Source of the DNA: Fibrobacterales bacterium
Lineage (GTDB): Bacteria > Fibrobacterota > Fibrobacteria > Fibrobacterales > JAOPTW01
DNA: 64,000 nt
Direction of reading: 5' to 3'
Assembly: GCA_051532035.1 (NCBI GenBank)
Contig: JAOPTW010000010.1
Location: 1 to 64,000, forward strand
Shown here: in pieces, positions 1 to 9,349 of the stretch
How the letters are laid out: every line of letters starts with the position of its first letter
How positions within the stretch are numbered: position 1 is the first letter of the stretch
Notes under the pieces: generated by a model
What the model saw: the letters and a program-made list of their open reading frames with translations, nothing else
What the model was told of the DNA's origin: nothing
Database searches by the model: none
Translations under genes and position numbers: made by a program

Positions 1-1063
1 CTTCTAATGTTTCTTCGTCTGATATATCAGAGTCTGATGTGACTGATTCGTCTTCTAACTCTGCACCCAATGAAGCAAGATCTATTGTCTCTACTTCATC
101 AACTTCAATAGGTTCATCGAGAGCTTCAACTGACTCAGATGCTGCATCTGGTGTGACAGATTCTACTGGGGAGTCTTCGACAACCGTTTCAATTTCTTCT
201 ATGACTTCTGGTACAATACCATCAACTACAGCTTCTTCTATTGTTTCTTCGTCTGAGATTTCGGAGTCTGATGTGACTAATTCGTCTTCTGACTCTGCAC
301 TCAATGCTGCAAGATCTATTGTCTCTACTTCATCAACTTCAATAGGTTCATCGAGAGCTTCAACTGACGTATCTAGGGTGACAGATTCTACTGGGGAGTC
401 TTCGACAACCGTTTCAATTTCTTCTATGACTTCTGGTACAATACCATCAACTACAGCTTCTTCTAATATTTCTTCGTCTGAGATTTCGGAGTCTACTGTG
501 ACTAATTCGTCTTCTGACTCTGCACTCAATGAAGCAAGATCTATTGTCTCTACTTCATCAACTTCAATAGGTTCATCGAGAGCTTCAACTGACGTATCTG
601 GGGTGACAGATTCTACTGGTGAGTCTTCGACAACCGTTTCAATTTCTTCTATGACTTCTATGACTTCTGGTACAATACCATCAACTACAGGTTCTTCTAT
701 TGTTTCTTCGTCTGAGATTTCGGAGTCTGATGTGACTAATTCGTCTTCTGACTCTGCACTCAATGCTGCAAGATCTATTGTCTCTACTTCATCAACTTCA
801 ATAGGTTCATCGAGAGCTTCAACTGACTCAACTGCCGTATCTGGGGTGACAGATTCTGCTGTTGAATCTTCGACAACCGTTTCAGTTTCTTCTGCCACTT
901 CTGGTACAATACCATCAACTACAGGTTCATCTATTGTTTCTTCGTCTGAGATTTCGGAGTCTACTGTGACTAATTCGTCTTCTGACTCTGCACTCAATGC
1001 TGCAAGATCTATTGTCTCTGCGTCATCAACTTCAATAGGTTCTTCTAAAGTTTCAACTGACTC
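1..1063 (-). repeat. Coding tandem repeat, unit 225-234 bp (75-78 aa), at least 4.5 copies
   Basis: Anchor GCAAGATCTATTGTCTCT recurs at 75, 309, 534, 768 and 1002 (spacings 234, 225, 234, 234). Length differences are 9-bp in-frame indels. Confidence 0.95.
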
Positions 1064-2281
1064 AGCTGTGGGAGCCTCTGCTATTGACTCTTCGACAACG
1101 GCATCAGTTTCTTCTACTATTTCTGAAACGTCATCAAGATCTAACATATCTTCATTTGAAATAGTATTTTCATCAACCTGCTCTGTCGATTCACCTTTAG
1201 AGGTATCTAAAACAGATTCGAGTCCATCAAGTTGGGCTAAATCATCCTCAGTTACTTCACTACTCTCTGTGCGTGAAATATCATTTTGCTCATCTACAAC
1301 GGTATCTTTAGTCGATGCATTCTCTTCAGAAGTACTATCCTCTTCATCCGGTAACGAACCGGCCATCTCTATACCACCAGAGACAATCACTTCTTTAAAC
1401 TGATTCATCTCTTTTAAGAAGTCGGGATCCTCATCCTTCTCTTCTAAAGAAAGTTCTTCAGTACTAAGTCCTTGATTCTCTAATGCAGAATCTATACTTT
1501 TTAATTCAAGCTGCTCTTTATGTATTTCTTCTGGAGACGGCTCTTCAAGTAATTCATCTTGATCCGATGTATCAAGCTTGATAGGAGTATTATCAACAAT
1601 TTCTGATACTTCGCTCTCTTCAGAATCTGCTTTATTGTTACCTTCATTTTCTTCTGAGTCTGTAGCTTCAGCGCCAGATTCAGCGTTTTCTGAAGACTCA
1701 GGCTCTTCTAATCCAATGTCAGCTACATCTTCACCTGTAGCAGCTTTAGCAAATTCTGAATTACGTTCTTCATCGCTGCCAAAAATATCATCAACACCTT
1801 CTGCGATAGCATCAGGTGAAACGGACTCTCCAGTCGACTCCTCAACAAGCTCACCACCTTCCATTGGTACGGTACTTTCATCGTCGAGGTCAAACATGCT
1901 GAGACCATCATCAAGAGAGTGATAGGGGTCTAAATCCGAAACTTGTGTATTGTATTGTTCTGCTTTCTCAGCATTACCCAGTTCCATCGATATCTGAACC
2001 AAGTGATTAAGTGCTGAAATACAGCGAGAATCAACACGAACAACTTCCTCAAAAAGGTCTTTTGCTTCTTCGATCCTTCCCATTTGGAGAAGCACTTTCG
2101 CGTATGCTAAATTTGCAGTAAAAAATCCAGGATGCTTATTCAGCCCCTCAAGAAGAATTTCTTCTGCTTTTTCTAATTTATCTTCTACACGAAAGGTATC
2201 TGCAAGACGGACAAAAACCATGGATGATGGGTTTTTGTCCAGCGCCTTAGTAAGTTCTTTTCGGAATTTTTTTATGGACAT
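2..2281 (-). CDS. TPR-containing protein with long acidic tandem-repeat region (FimV/HubP-like architecture); 3' end runs off the window
   Basis: Not in the ORF track because there is no stop inside the window. Translated by hand from ATG at 2281: MSIKKFRKELTKALDKNPSSMVFVRLADTFRVEDKLEKAEEILLEGLNKHPGFFTANLAYAKVLLQMGRIEEAKDLFEEVV (TPR-like), then E/D-rich repeats. Starts 3 bp after the trm112 stop. Confidence 0.85.
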   Translation of the reverse strand, partial: MSIKKFRKELTKALDKNPSSMVFVRLADTFRVEDKLEKAEEILLEGLNKHPGFFTANLAYAKVLLQMGRIEEAKDLFEEVVRVDSRCISALNHLVQISMELGNAEKAEQYNTQVSDLDPYHSLDDGLSMFDLDDESTVPMEGGELVEESTGESVSPDAIAEGVDDIFGSDEERNSEFAKAATGEDVADIGLEEPESSENAESGAEATDSEENEGNNKADSEESEVSEIVDNTPIKLDTSDQDELLEEPSPEEIHKEQLELKSIDSALENQGLSTEELSLEEKDEDPDFLKEMNQFKEVIVSGGIEMAGSLPDEEDSTSEENASTKDTVVDEQNDISRTESSEVTEDDLAQLDGLESVLDTSKGESTEQVDENTISNEDMLDLDDVSEIVEETDAVVEESIAEAPTAESVETLEEPIEVDDAETIDLAALSAESEDELVTVDSEISDEETIDEPVVDGIVPEVAEETETVVEDSTAESVTPDTAVESVEALDEPIEVDEVETIDLAALSAESEDELVTSDSEISDEETIEEPVVDGIVPEVIEVIEEIETVVEDSPVESVTPDTSVEALDEPIEVDEVETIDLASLSAESEDELVTVDSEISDEEILEEAVVDGIVPEVIEEIETVVEDSPVESVTLDTSVEALDEPIEVDEVETIDLAALSAESEDELVTSDSEISDEETIEEAVVDGIVPEVIEEIETVVEDSPVESVTPDAASESVEALDEPIEVDEVETIDLASLGAELEDESVTSDSDISDEETLE

Positions 2282-2284
2282 AAA

Positions 2285-2539
2285 TTATAACTGGGTTAAC
2301 TCAATCGCTTCATCTATAAGCATAATAGGTATATCCTGTTTAACCGGGTAAATAATAGCTGAATCTGTTCGTAAGAGTGCTCCATCAATAGCTTCGGTTA
2401 AAGTTTGGCCAGCTCGGTTTTTCAAGCGGCCTTCGGCTATAGCCTTATTAATCTGATCTACCATTGCAGAATCAGCTAGAGTTACATCCAGTTTGGTCTC
2501 GGGACAACATATAATGTCTAGTAGTTTAGTATCTATCAT
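2285..2539 (-). CDS. Trm112/YcaR family protein
   Basis: LLDIICCPETK...YPVKQDIPIMLIDEA signature. Confidence 0.85.
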   Translation of the reverse strand: MIDTKLLDIICCPETKLDVTLADSAMVDQINKAIAEGRLKNRAGQTLTEAIDGALLRTDSAIIYPVKQDIPIMLIDEAIELTQL

Positions 2540-2542
2540 ATA

Positions 2543-3496
2543 TTACTTATCGTCAAAAATTCCCATTGCTGCATACTTTTCTATGCGCAACTCCACTAAT
2601 TCATCAATTGCTATTGATCCGAGTCGATTTAGCTGATCTTCCATAGATTCAGTTAACTTTTCGAATACAAAGGCGGGATCCCAATGAGCTCCACCAATAG
2701 GTTCAGGGATTATCTCATCAATAACGCCGATTTCCTTGAGGTCAGATGCAATAAGTTTCATTGTCGCTGTAAGTTCCTGTGCTTTAGCACGATCCCCCCA
2801 AAGGATTGCAGCGCAGCCTTCAGGTGAAATAACACTGTACCATGCATTTTCGAGCATAAAGATATGATCGCCCATCCCAATACCCAATGCACCTCCAGAA
2901 GCGCCTTCTCCTATGATTGTTACAAGGAGTGGTACTTTGAGTACTGCCATTTCACGTAGGTTATATGCAATAGCTTCGGCTTGACCACGCTCTTCGGCGC
3001 CAATTCCCGGATAAGCACCCGGCGTATCAATAAAGAACATTACCGGACGATTATATTTTTCAGCAAGCTTCATCAAGCGAAGTGCCTTTCTATAGCCTTC
3101 TGGATTTGGCATTCCAAAGTTACGATATACATTATCTTTAGTAGACCGCCCTTTTTGATGACCAATCACCATAACAGGTTTACCATTAAATTTAGCAAAA
3201 CCGCCAACTATCGCTGGATCTTCACCATATGCACGATCACCATGCATTTCAACGAAGTCAGTAAACATATTATTTATGTAATCGAGAGTATATGGACGGC
3301 CGGCTCGACGAGCTAGTTCAACTTTATTCCATGGGGTGAGTTTTTTGTACGCTTTCGTTAGCTTGTCGACTCTTTTTTTCTGAAGGACTTCGATATCTTT
3401 CCCATCAATCCCGTGTTCTTGGAGCTCTTCAATTTTCTGTTCGAGGGCAACAACATCTTTTTCAAAATCCAGATATGGACCAGTTGGTATACTCAT
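2543..3496 (-). CDS. accA: Acetyl-CoA carboxylase carboxyltransferase alpha subunit
   Basis: RNFGMPNPEGYRKALR, DTPGAYPGIGAEERGQ, YSVISPEGCAAILW. Confidence 0.97.
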   Translation of the reverse strand: MSIPTGPYLDFEKDVVALEQKIEELQEHGIDGKDIEVLQKKRVDKLTKAYKKLTPWNKVELARRAGRPYTLDYINNMFTDFVEMHGDRAYGEDPAIVGGFAKFNGKPVMVIGHQKGRSTKDNVYRNFGMPNPEGYRKALRLMKLAEKYNRPVMFFIDTPGAYPGIGAEERGQAEAIAYNLREMAVLKVPLLVTIIGEGASGGALGIGMGDHIFMLENAWYSVISPEGCAAILWGDRAKAQELTATMKLIASDLKEIGVIDEIIPEPIGGAHWDPAFVFEKLTESMEDQLNRLGSIAIDELVELRIEKYAAMGIFDDK

Positions 3497-3601
3497 TAAG
3501 GTAGTGACCTCTTAAAAATTCTCACAGAGTAAATTTAAGTCAATATTGAGCATTTTTCACTCTTTTTTAGGCAGTTTTTAAGAAAAAAAGAGCCGAAATG
3601 A

Positions 3602-4315
3602 TTAATTTCGGCCTAAACGCAATTTAATTAATACAAAGAGTGCTTCTCGTATAATTTGCCCTGAAATCTTTGATTCACCAACAATCCTATCCGTAAAAAT
3701 TATTGGAACTTCGGCGATTACAAACCCTTTTTTCCATAGTTTGTAGGTCATTTCTATTTGAAAACTATACCCACCACTACTTATGTTATCAAGGTTAAGA
3801 GCTTGAAGAGCTTTTCTTGAAAAACATTTATAGCCACCCGTTGCATCACTAATAGGCATACCACTTACTAATCGTGCATAAATATTACCCATATAGCTTA
3901 AAACGAGACGCTTCCAATCCCAGTTCACCACGCTAATTTTGCCATCTTTATAACGAGACCCCAAAACCAAATCAGCATTTTCAGCTGCTTTTAAAAAATC
4001 GGGTACATGTTTCGGATCATGAGATAGATCGGCATCCATTTCAAATACATACTCATAGTGTTCTTTGAGCGCATATTTAAAACCGGCAATATATGCAGAA
4101 CCTAACCCTAGCTTTCCTTCTCTCTCAAGAATATGGATAGTTGGGTCATCAATTTGCATTTTTTTAACTACTTCAGCTGTTCCATCGGGTGAACCATCAT
4201 CAACAACAAGAATATCAGCTGTTGAGCAGTACTTATGAACAAGTGGAATAACTGCTTGGATATTTTCCCGCTCATTATATGTTGGGATAATTATTAAGAC
4301 TGGATTATGTGACAC
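3602..4315 (-). CDS. Polyprenol monophosphomannose synthase (Ppm1/Dpm1-like GT2)
   Basis: IIPTYNERENI, VVDDGSPDGT, GKLGLGSAY, EMDADLSHDP, DATGGYKC, GYSFQIEM, FTDRIVGESK; GTG start. Confidence 0.9.
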   Translation of the reverse strand: MSHNPVLIIIPTYNERENIQAVIPLVHKYCSTADILVVDDGSPDGTAEVVKKMQIDDPTIHILEREGKLGLGSAYIAGFKYALKEHYEYVFEMDADLSHDPKHVPDFLKAAENADLVLGSRYKDGKISVVNWDWKRLVLSYMGNIYARLVSGMPISDATGGYKCFSRKALQALNLDNISSGGYSFQIEMTYKLWKKGFVIAEVPIIFTDRIVGESKISGQIIREALFVLIKLRLGRN

Positions 4316-4317
4316 TA

Positions 4318-5253
4318 CTACCCCTCCTTGTGAGTTCTATCACTTAGTGGAAAAACGGTATGATCATCTCGACTAATTTGCATTTCTGCAAGGAGGCCAA
4401 GAGAGATAAACTGAATTCCTATAATCAATGAAACAGCCCCCAATACCAACAACGGTCGAAGATGGAGTGATTGATGAATTATCCAAAACATGGCAAAGTA
4501 CCCAAGCACTCCAGCCCCTGCAAGTACAAAGGTAAGACCAAGTAATCCAAAAAAGTGCAATGGCTTTTTGGAAAATTTATGAATAAAAAGCAATGTTAGA
4601 AGATCTAAGAAACCTGATACGAGTCGTGACAATCCATATTTTGAATGTCCGTATTTTCTTTTACGATGTTCAACAACAATTTCATCAATTTTAAACCCTT
4701 TCCAATTGGCCCAGACAGGTATATACCGGTGAAAATCGCCATAGAGTTTGATAAAAGTAAGTACATCTCGTTTATATGCTTTAAACCCACAATTAAAATC
4801 ATGGAGCCGTATTCCTGCAGCTTTCGATGTAACATAATTAAAAAGACGTGATGGGAGGACTTTATGCCAAGGATCAAAACGGCGTTTCTTCCAACCACTG
4901 ACAAGATCATATCCCTCTTCTAATTTATCCAGAAAATTAGGGATCTCGTTAGGATTATCTTGAAGGTCAGCATCCATAGTAAATATGTAAGAGCCTTTTG
5001 CCTCTTTAAAGCCCAGAGCCAATGCTGCAGCTTTACCACAATTATATTGAAAGCGAAATCCCTCTACTTCTGAATATTCTTGAGATAATTTCTCAATAAC
5101 GCTCCATGTGTCATCAGAACTCCCATCATCAATAAACAAAATCTCCCATTGTGATATTCTTGGTTCATCAGTAAGAACTGACTGAATTTCTCCAACCAGT
5201 TCTCTAATACTTTCAGCTTCATCTTTAGCTGGGATTATTATAGAGAGATCCAC
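4318..5253 (-). CDS. GT2 glycosyltransferase, ArnC/GtrB/DPM-like, with two C-terminal TM helices
   Basis: IDDGSSDDT, MDADLQDNP, HDFNCGFKAY, HRYIP, SKYG; hydrophobic C-terminus; GTG start. Confidence 0.9.
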   Translation of the reverse strand: MDLSIIIPAKDEAESIRELVGEIQSVLTDEPRISQWEILFIDDGSSDDTWSVIEKLSQEYSEVEGFRFQYNCGKAAALALGFKEAKGSYIFTMDADLQDNPNEIPNFLDKLEEGYDLVSGWKKRRFDPWHKVLPSRLFNYVTSKAAGIRLHDFNCGFKAYKRDVLTFIKLYGDFHRYIPVWANWKGFKIDEIVVEHRKRKYGHSKYGLSRLVSGFLDLLTLLFIHKFSKKPLHFFGLLGLTFVLAGAGVLGYFAMFWIIHQSLHLRPLLVLGAVSLIIGIQFISLGLLAEMQISRDDHTVFPLSDRTHKEG

Positions 5254-5259
5254 AAAAAC

Positions 5260-8200
5260 CTACTTCTTTTTGGCTTGAAAACGCGCCTGGAATTGAAGGA
5301 GAAGGTTCTTGTCTGCATAAGGGTCATTTAATCGTGAATTAATAAAGGCTAAAGCCTCATCAACTTTATTTGCCATATCAAGTATTGATAATTTTTGGCG
5401 GACAAGATATCCTTTTTCAGCAGCTTTCGCTCTTTCTAAGCCACGATTTACATAATCTATAGCTGCATCATGGTTTTTAGAGGCGTTGAATATATCAGAC
5501 ATTACTGCATAAGAGCGCCATTCATTTGGAAACTGATTCATACCAAGATCAAGATACTTCTTGGCTACTTCAGTTTTTACCTTAATCTCTGCATCAAGTC
5601 GCACAACCTGTTCACTGAGTGAAGTATTTGCCAAATCACTATCGAGTTGACTTTGTAGTGTATTTTTCTGAGCAACCAGACGTTCTATCGCACTCTTCTC
5701 TTCAAAAGCCACATGAATATACATTGAGTTGTAGTTATTCATGAGACGAGATGTCTCAGGGTTTATGTACGTTGTCCCATCACCAAGCCCTCTAAATTGA
5801 TAGAGCGTGTCTATGAAACTACGAGTAACTGCAGCATCGAGCTTACGATTTGAAGGTGCTAGTGTCGTGTCAACTAATGTGTAGACCATACCATCCATTT
5901 TCATGTACTTTTCAAGGCCAATGTAATTATTCACCGAAACTGTTGTAGCAAAGTGAATTGGTCGATCTGGATTTTGGCGAGTGATATCAAGAACAAGCTT
6001 GTCTTGAATTTTAAGAGTTCTATCACGCTCAGTTCTTTTACCCCAATCAGCAAATGAAGAGATGGCAATATAGTTTCTAAACTTATAGCGATATTCATCC
6101 ATTTTTTTAGAAAGGATCTCATCTGTACTTGTGCCAGATGTAACACTTTTCTTAAGTGAATCTATCTCAATTTGTGCTTCTTTTAAAAGAGGTAACAGTT
6201 TTTCAGATGCTTGGGCAGATTTTTCTTGATAGACATTTTTATCAAATGAATAGGAAAGAAATTTGTCAATATCAGAATGAGTGTAACTCAATTTTACTGT
6301 AGGTGCATTATCAAGTAGTTGATGGATATACCATTTAGTATTACCCAAGCTTAAATTTACCACGCGTACATCATTACGTACTCGAGCGACTTCCTGTATA
6401 AACCAAAGTGGAAAGGTATCATTATCTCCATTAGTAAAAAGAATACCATTGGGCTGACACGAACTAATGAGGTTATATGCATAATCCCAAGGTACATGTA
6501 AGCCCGCCCTATTATGCTCTTTGTAGTTTGAAAAACAAGGAACGACATACGCAACAACCACCAAACCAATAGCGACAGGCTTTAAATATTCACGACGACG
6601 TGCACTTACCATATTTACAAGAAGCGCTGCTCCGAGTCCATAGATAACACTCATGAGGATAAATGCAGGAGAGAAGAAATAATCACGATCGCGAACTTCT
6701 AGGTGAACCGGTTGCGGAGTTCCCTGTTTACCATTTTTAATCCAGTTCTCATACACGATTCGTTCGGGACGTGTTCCGTCAGCAAAGTTCATATAAAATA
6801 TAAGACCGGCACTCGTAACGAGGAGTAAAAGGAAGACATAGATTCCCAACTTGTGGTTTCTTTTATAAATCAACCAGCAGACCCAAAGCAGCACACCGTT
6901 CATAATTGCAAAAATGATAAACTGTTTTAACTTACCAGCGAAATCATCACCAAGAAAAATCATCTGGGTGTCAAATTCAGTACCACCACGAATCACTGGT
7001 TCATTTTCACCAGCATCTACTACATATGTACCTGGTTGTGTATAACGCACTTCCCCTACTTTCCATGGAAAGTACTGAGCAAATTGATACCCACCGTATC
7101 CCATATGAGGGAATGAAAGTATTTGATTTTGAAGTTTACCTCTTCTGTGAAAAGATCTTTTTAACATACTCTCTGAACCGTATTGTTTACGACCGACAAA
7201 GTCATTAAATGGCTTCCACGCTTCCAGGTTAAATACATCTTTAAGTGCAAGTTCAGGATTATTTTCATCAATTATAGGATTAAGCGATGAACGAATTGGG
7301 ATATATGCATGAGTAGAGAAACCAATAAGGGCAACGAATGCAAGAGCTAATGTAAAACTCCAAGAAGATTTTTGTTTTTTTAATTCAACAGTATGAAAGT
7401 ATGAAACTCCAAATGATACTAGTCCAGCAAAGAAAATCCAGAACCCCATTAGGGCCTTATCAACACCTTCCAACTGATTATATGTCTGGAAATCTTTAAA
7501 AATTGCAAAACAGATAAACGTTACCAAACCAAGAATAAACTTAGCAGCAACATTTTCTTGAACATCATGTGACAAAAGCTTATGAACTATTTTAATAAGT
7601 AGCGCTGCAATAAATAAGGCTAAGGCAATTAAAACAAATTTATCAATTGCATACACAATTGAATACAAGAAGAAACCTGTGACCCATATTGGTGTACTAA
7701 GAGACAAAGTTCTTTTATCTTTATCAAATGTCAAAACAATAACAAAAACAACTGGGATAGTAATCAAACTGTAAAGATGAAATCCTGAACCTAAAAAAGC
7801 AAGGTAAGTAATCAGTACAATAATTTTATCGCCTTGAGCTGTCTGATATTTACTCGTCCAATCAAGAGTGAGCCAACAAATAATCATCACAAAAAGCATT
7901 GCAATTCCATACACTTCAGCTTCAACTGCATTGAACCAGAATGTATCTGAAAAGGTAATGAGGAATGATGCTACCAAGCCACCTACCGCAGGAGCAAGCA
8001 AATGCAACTTGTTAGTACTGCCTTCGGTTTTGAAGAGTTTATTCATGAAGTCATAGACAAACAAGAAAACAAAACTCACAGTAAGTGCTGACGTCAATAC
8101 CGATATATAGTTAAACCGCGCTGCAACATCTGAAACAAAGGGTAACAAGATATCGAAGAACCGACCTATAATCATAAAGAATGGGGTGCCCGGAGGATGC

Positions 8201-8349
8201 GGGACTCCGAGTGTATGCGCTGCTGCGACAAATTCACCACAATCCCAGAAGGAGAGTGTCGGTGCCATAGTAATTGCGTAGGCAATAAATGCATTAAGAA
8301 ATACTAAAATAAAGAGGGATAATCTGACTGTTTTATCTGTCAATTTCAC
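5260..8349 (-). CDS. DUF2723 / TMEM260-like multi-TM GT-C glycosyltransferase with C-terminal TPR-like region
   Basis: TLSFWDCGEFVAAAHTLGVPHPPGTP, FWFNAVEAEVY, RDRDYFF, YAYNL, LFTNGDNDTFPLW, VRVVNLSL; many TM segments; GTG start. Confidence 0.88.
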   Translation of the reverse strand: MKLTDKTVRLSLFILVFLNAFIAYAITMAPTLSFWDCGEFVAAAHTLGVPHPPGTPFFMIIGRFFDILLPFVSDVAARFNYISVLTSALTVSFVFLFVYDFMNKLFKTEGSTNKLHLLAPAVGGLVASFLITFSDTFWFNAVEAEVYGIAMLFVMIICWLTLDWTSKYQTAQGDKIIVLITYLAFLGSGFHLYSLITIPVVFVIVLTFDKDKRTLSLSTPIWVTGFFLYSIVYAIDKFVLIALALFIAALLIKIVHKLLSHDVQENVAAKFILGLVTFICFAIFKDFQTYNQLEGVDKALMGFWIFFAGLVSFGVSYFHTVELKKQKSSWSFTLALAFVALIGFSTHAYIPIRSSLNPIIDENNPELALKDVFNLEAWKPFNDFVGRKQYGSESMLKRSFHRRGKLQNQILSFPHMGYGGYQFAQYFPWKVGEVRYTQPGTYVVDAGENEPVIRGGTEFDTQMIFLGDDFAGKLKQFIIFAIMNGVLLWVCWLIYKRNHKLGIYVFLLLLVTSAGLIFYMNFADGTRPERIVYENWIKNGKQGTPQPVHLEVRDRDYFFSPAFILMSVIYGLGAALLVNMVSARRREYLKPVAIGLVVVAYVVPCFSNYKEHNRAGLHVPWDYAYNLISSCQPNGILFTNGDNDTFPLWFIQEVARVRNDVRVVNLSLGNTKWYIHQLLDNAPTVKLSYTHSDIDKFLSYSFDKNVYQEKSAQASEKLLPLLKEAQIEIDSLKKSVTSGTSTDEILSKKMDEYRYKFRNYIAISSFADWGKRTERDRTLKIQDKLVLDITRQNPDRPIHFATTVSVNNYIGLEKYMKMDGMVYTLVDTTLAPSNRKLDAAVTRSFIDTLYQFRGLGDGTTYINPETSRLMNNYNSMYIHVAFEEKSAIERLVAQKNTLQSQLDSDLANTSLSEQVVRLDAEIKVKTEVAKKYLDLGMNQFPNEWRSYAVMSDIFNASKNHDAAIDYVNRGLERAKAAEKGYLVRQKLSILDMANKVDEALAFINSRLNDPYADKNLLLQFQARFQAKKK

Positions 8350-8364
8350 GGGTTCTCCTTGGTG

Positions 8365-8793
8365 TTACTCTTTGAAAAGGGGTTTTGCTATACCTGCAAG
8401 CACCCCATTAATAAAACTTCCTGATTCTTCTGTAGAATATTTTTTTGCAATTGCAACTGCTTCAGAAATTGCAACTTTAGGCGGGATCTCTTTTACGTAC
8501 AGTAGCTCAGTTACTGCAACTCGAATAATCACATTATCGAGTACTGCAATGCGCTCAAGGTCCCAATTTTCTGAATGCGTTGTAATTGTCTCGGTAATCG
8601 TTGCATTGTGTTCAACTGCAAGATCAATGAGATCCATACCATATTTTTTTTGTTCCTCTTTAGGGTCAAGGCTCTCAATAACACCAGGAAGTACCTGTGG
8701 AATTGTTGAGCCTGTCACATCAAGAGCATAGAGGGCTTGCATCGCCATTACGCGAGCTTGCCGTTTTGAAATAGTTCTTTTCGGTGCAGCCAT
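8365..8793 (-). CDS. nusB: Transcription antitermination factor NusB
   Basis: RQARVMAMQALY, NWDLERIAVLD, PPKVAISEAVAIAKKY, FINGVL; follows ribH. Confidence 0.95.
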   Translation of the reverse strand: MAAPKRTISKRQARVMAMQALYALDVTGSTIPQVLPGVIESLDPKEEQKKYGMDLIDLAVEHNATITETITTHSENWDLERIAVLDNVIIRVAVTELLYVKEIPPKVAISEAVAIAKKYSTEESGSFINGVLAGIAKPLFKE

Positions 8794-9257
8794 TATATCT
8801 TTTTAATAAGGTTAATCATTTCAATCGCTGTAACAGCGGCTTCTGCGCCTTTGTTTCCGAGCTTAATTCCTGCACGGTCCATTGCTTGATCGACGGTGTT
8901 GGTCGTGAGTACACCATATACCACTGGAATGCCAGTATCGAGTGACACCTTAGCAACACCAGATGTTACCCCACTTACTACTTGGTCAAAATGAGGAGTG
9001 TCTCCTTGAATTACTGCACCAAGGGTAATGACAGCGGCAAACTTTCCACTTGTTGCAGCTTTCTGACTCGCAAGAGGTATTTCAAAAGCACCCGGCACCC
9101 AAATAACGGTAATAGAATCATCTGATATTCCATGGCGAGTAAGCGTATTACATGCACCAGCCAATAGACTCTTTGTAATTATTTCATTGAATCGCGAAAC
9201 AACTATTGCGATCTCTGCGTTTTGTGCAACGAGTTCACCTTCTACTATTTTTGCCAT
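8793..9257 (-). CDS. ribH: 6,7-dimethyl-8-ribityllumazine synthase (start trimmed to MAKIVEG)
   Basis: [43 protein letters not shown]. The longer start in the ORF track would run through a terminator. Confidence 0.96.
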   Translation of the reverse strand: MAKIVEGELVAQNAEIAIVVSRFNEIITKSLLAGACNTLTRHGISDDSITVIWVPGAFEIPLASQKAATSGKFAAVITLGAVIQGDTPHFDQVVSGVTSGVAKVSLDTGIPVVYGVLTTNTVDQAMDRAGIKLGNKGAEAAVTAIEMINLIKKI

Positions 9258-9296
9258 ATTACTTCTCAAAATGTTAAAAATCAGGTAAAAAATAGT

Positions 9297-9328
9297 AAAA
9301 AAAAGGCTGATAGAGGTCTCTATCAGCC
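9297..9328 (-). terminator. Intrinsic terminator between ribBA and ribH
   Basis: GGCTGATAGA-4 nt-TCTATCAGCC perfect stem followed by T8 on the minus strand. Confidence 0.75.
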
Positions 9329-9349
9329 AAATCTCAGAGGATTTTTTAC

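Noticed and set aside
1..1063. Repeat array as possible CRISPR
   Set aside because: Units are 225-234 bp, in frame and wholly repeated, with no unique spacers and no cas genes.
39..1922. Ser/Thr-rich plus-strand ORFs (39-1403, 1578-1922) resembling a serine-rich adhesin
   Set aside because: Antisense shadows of the acidic minus-strand gene (GAA/GAT codons read as TCx). They have no signal peptide, and the minus frame has a TPR start in operon context.
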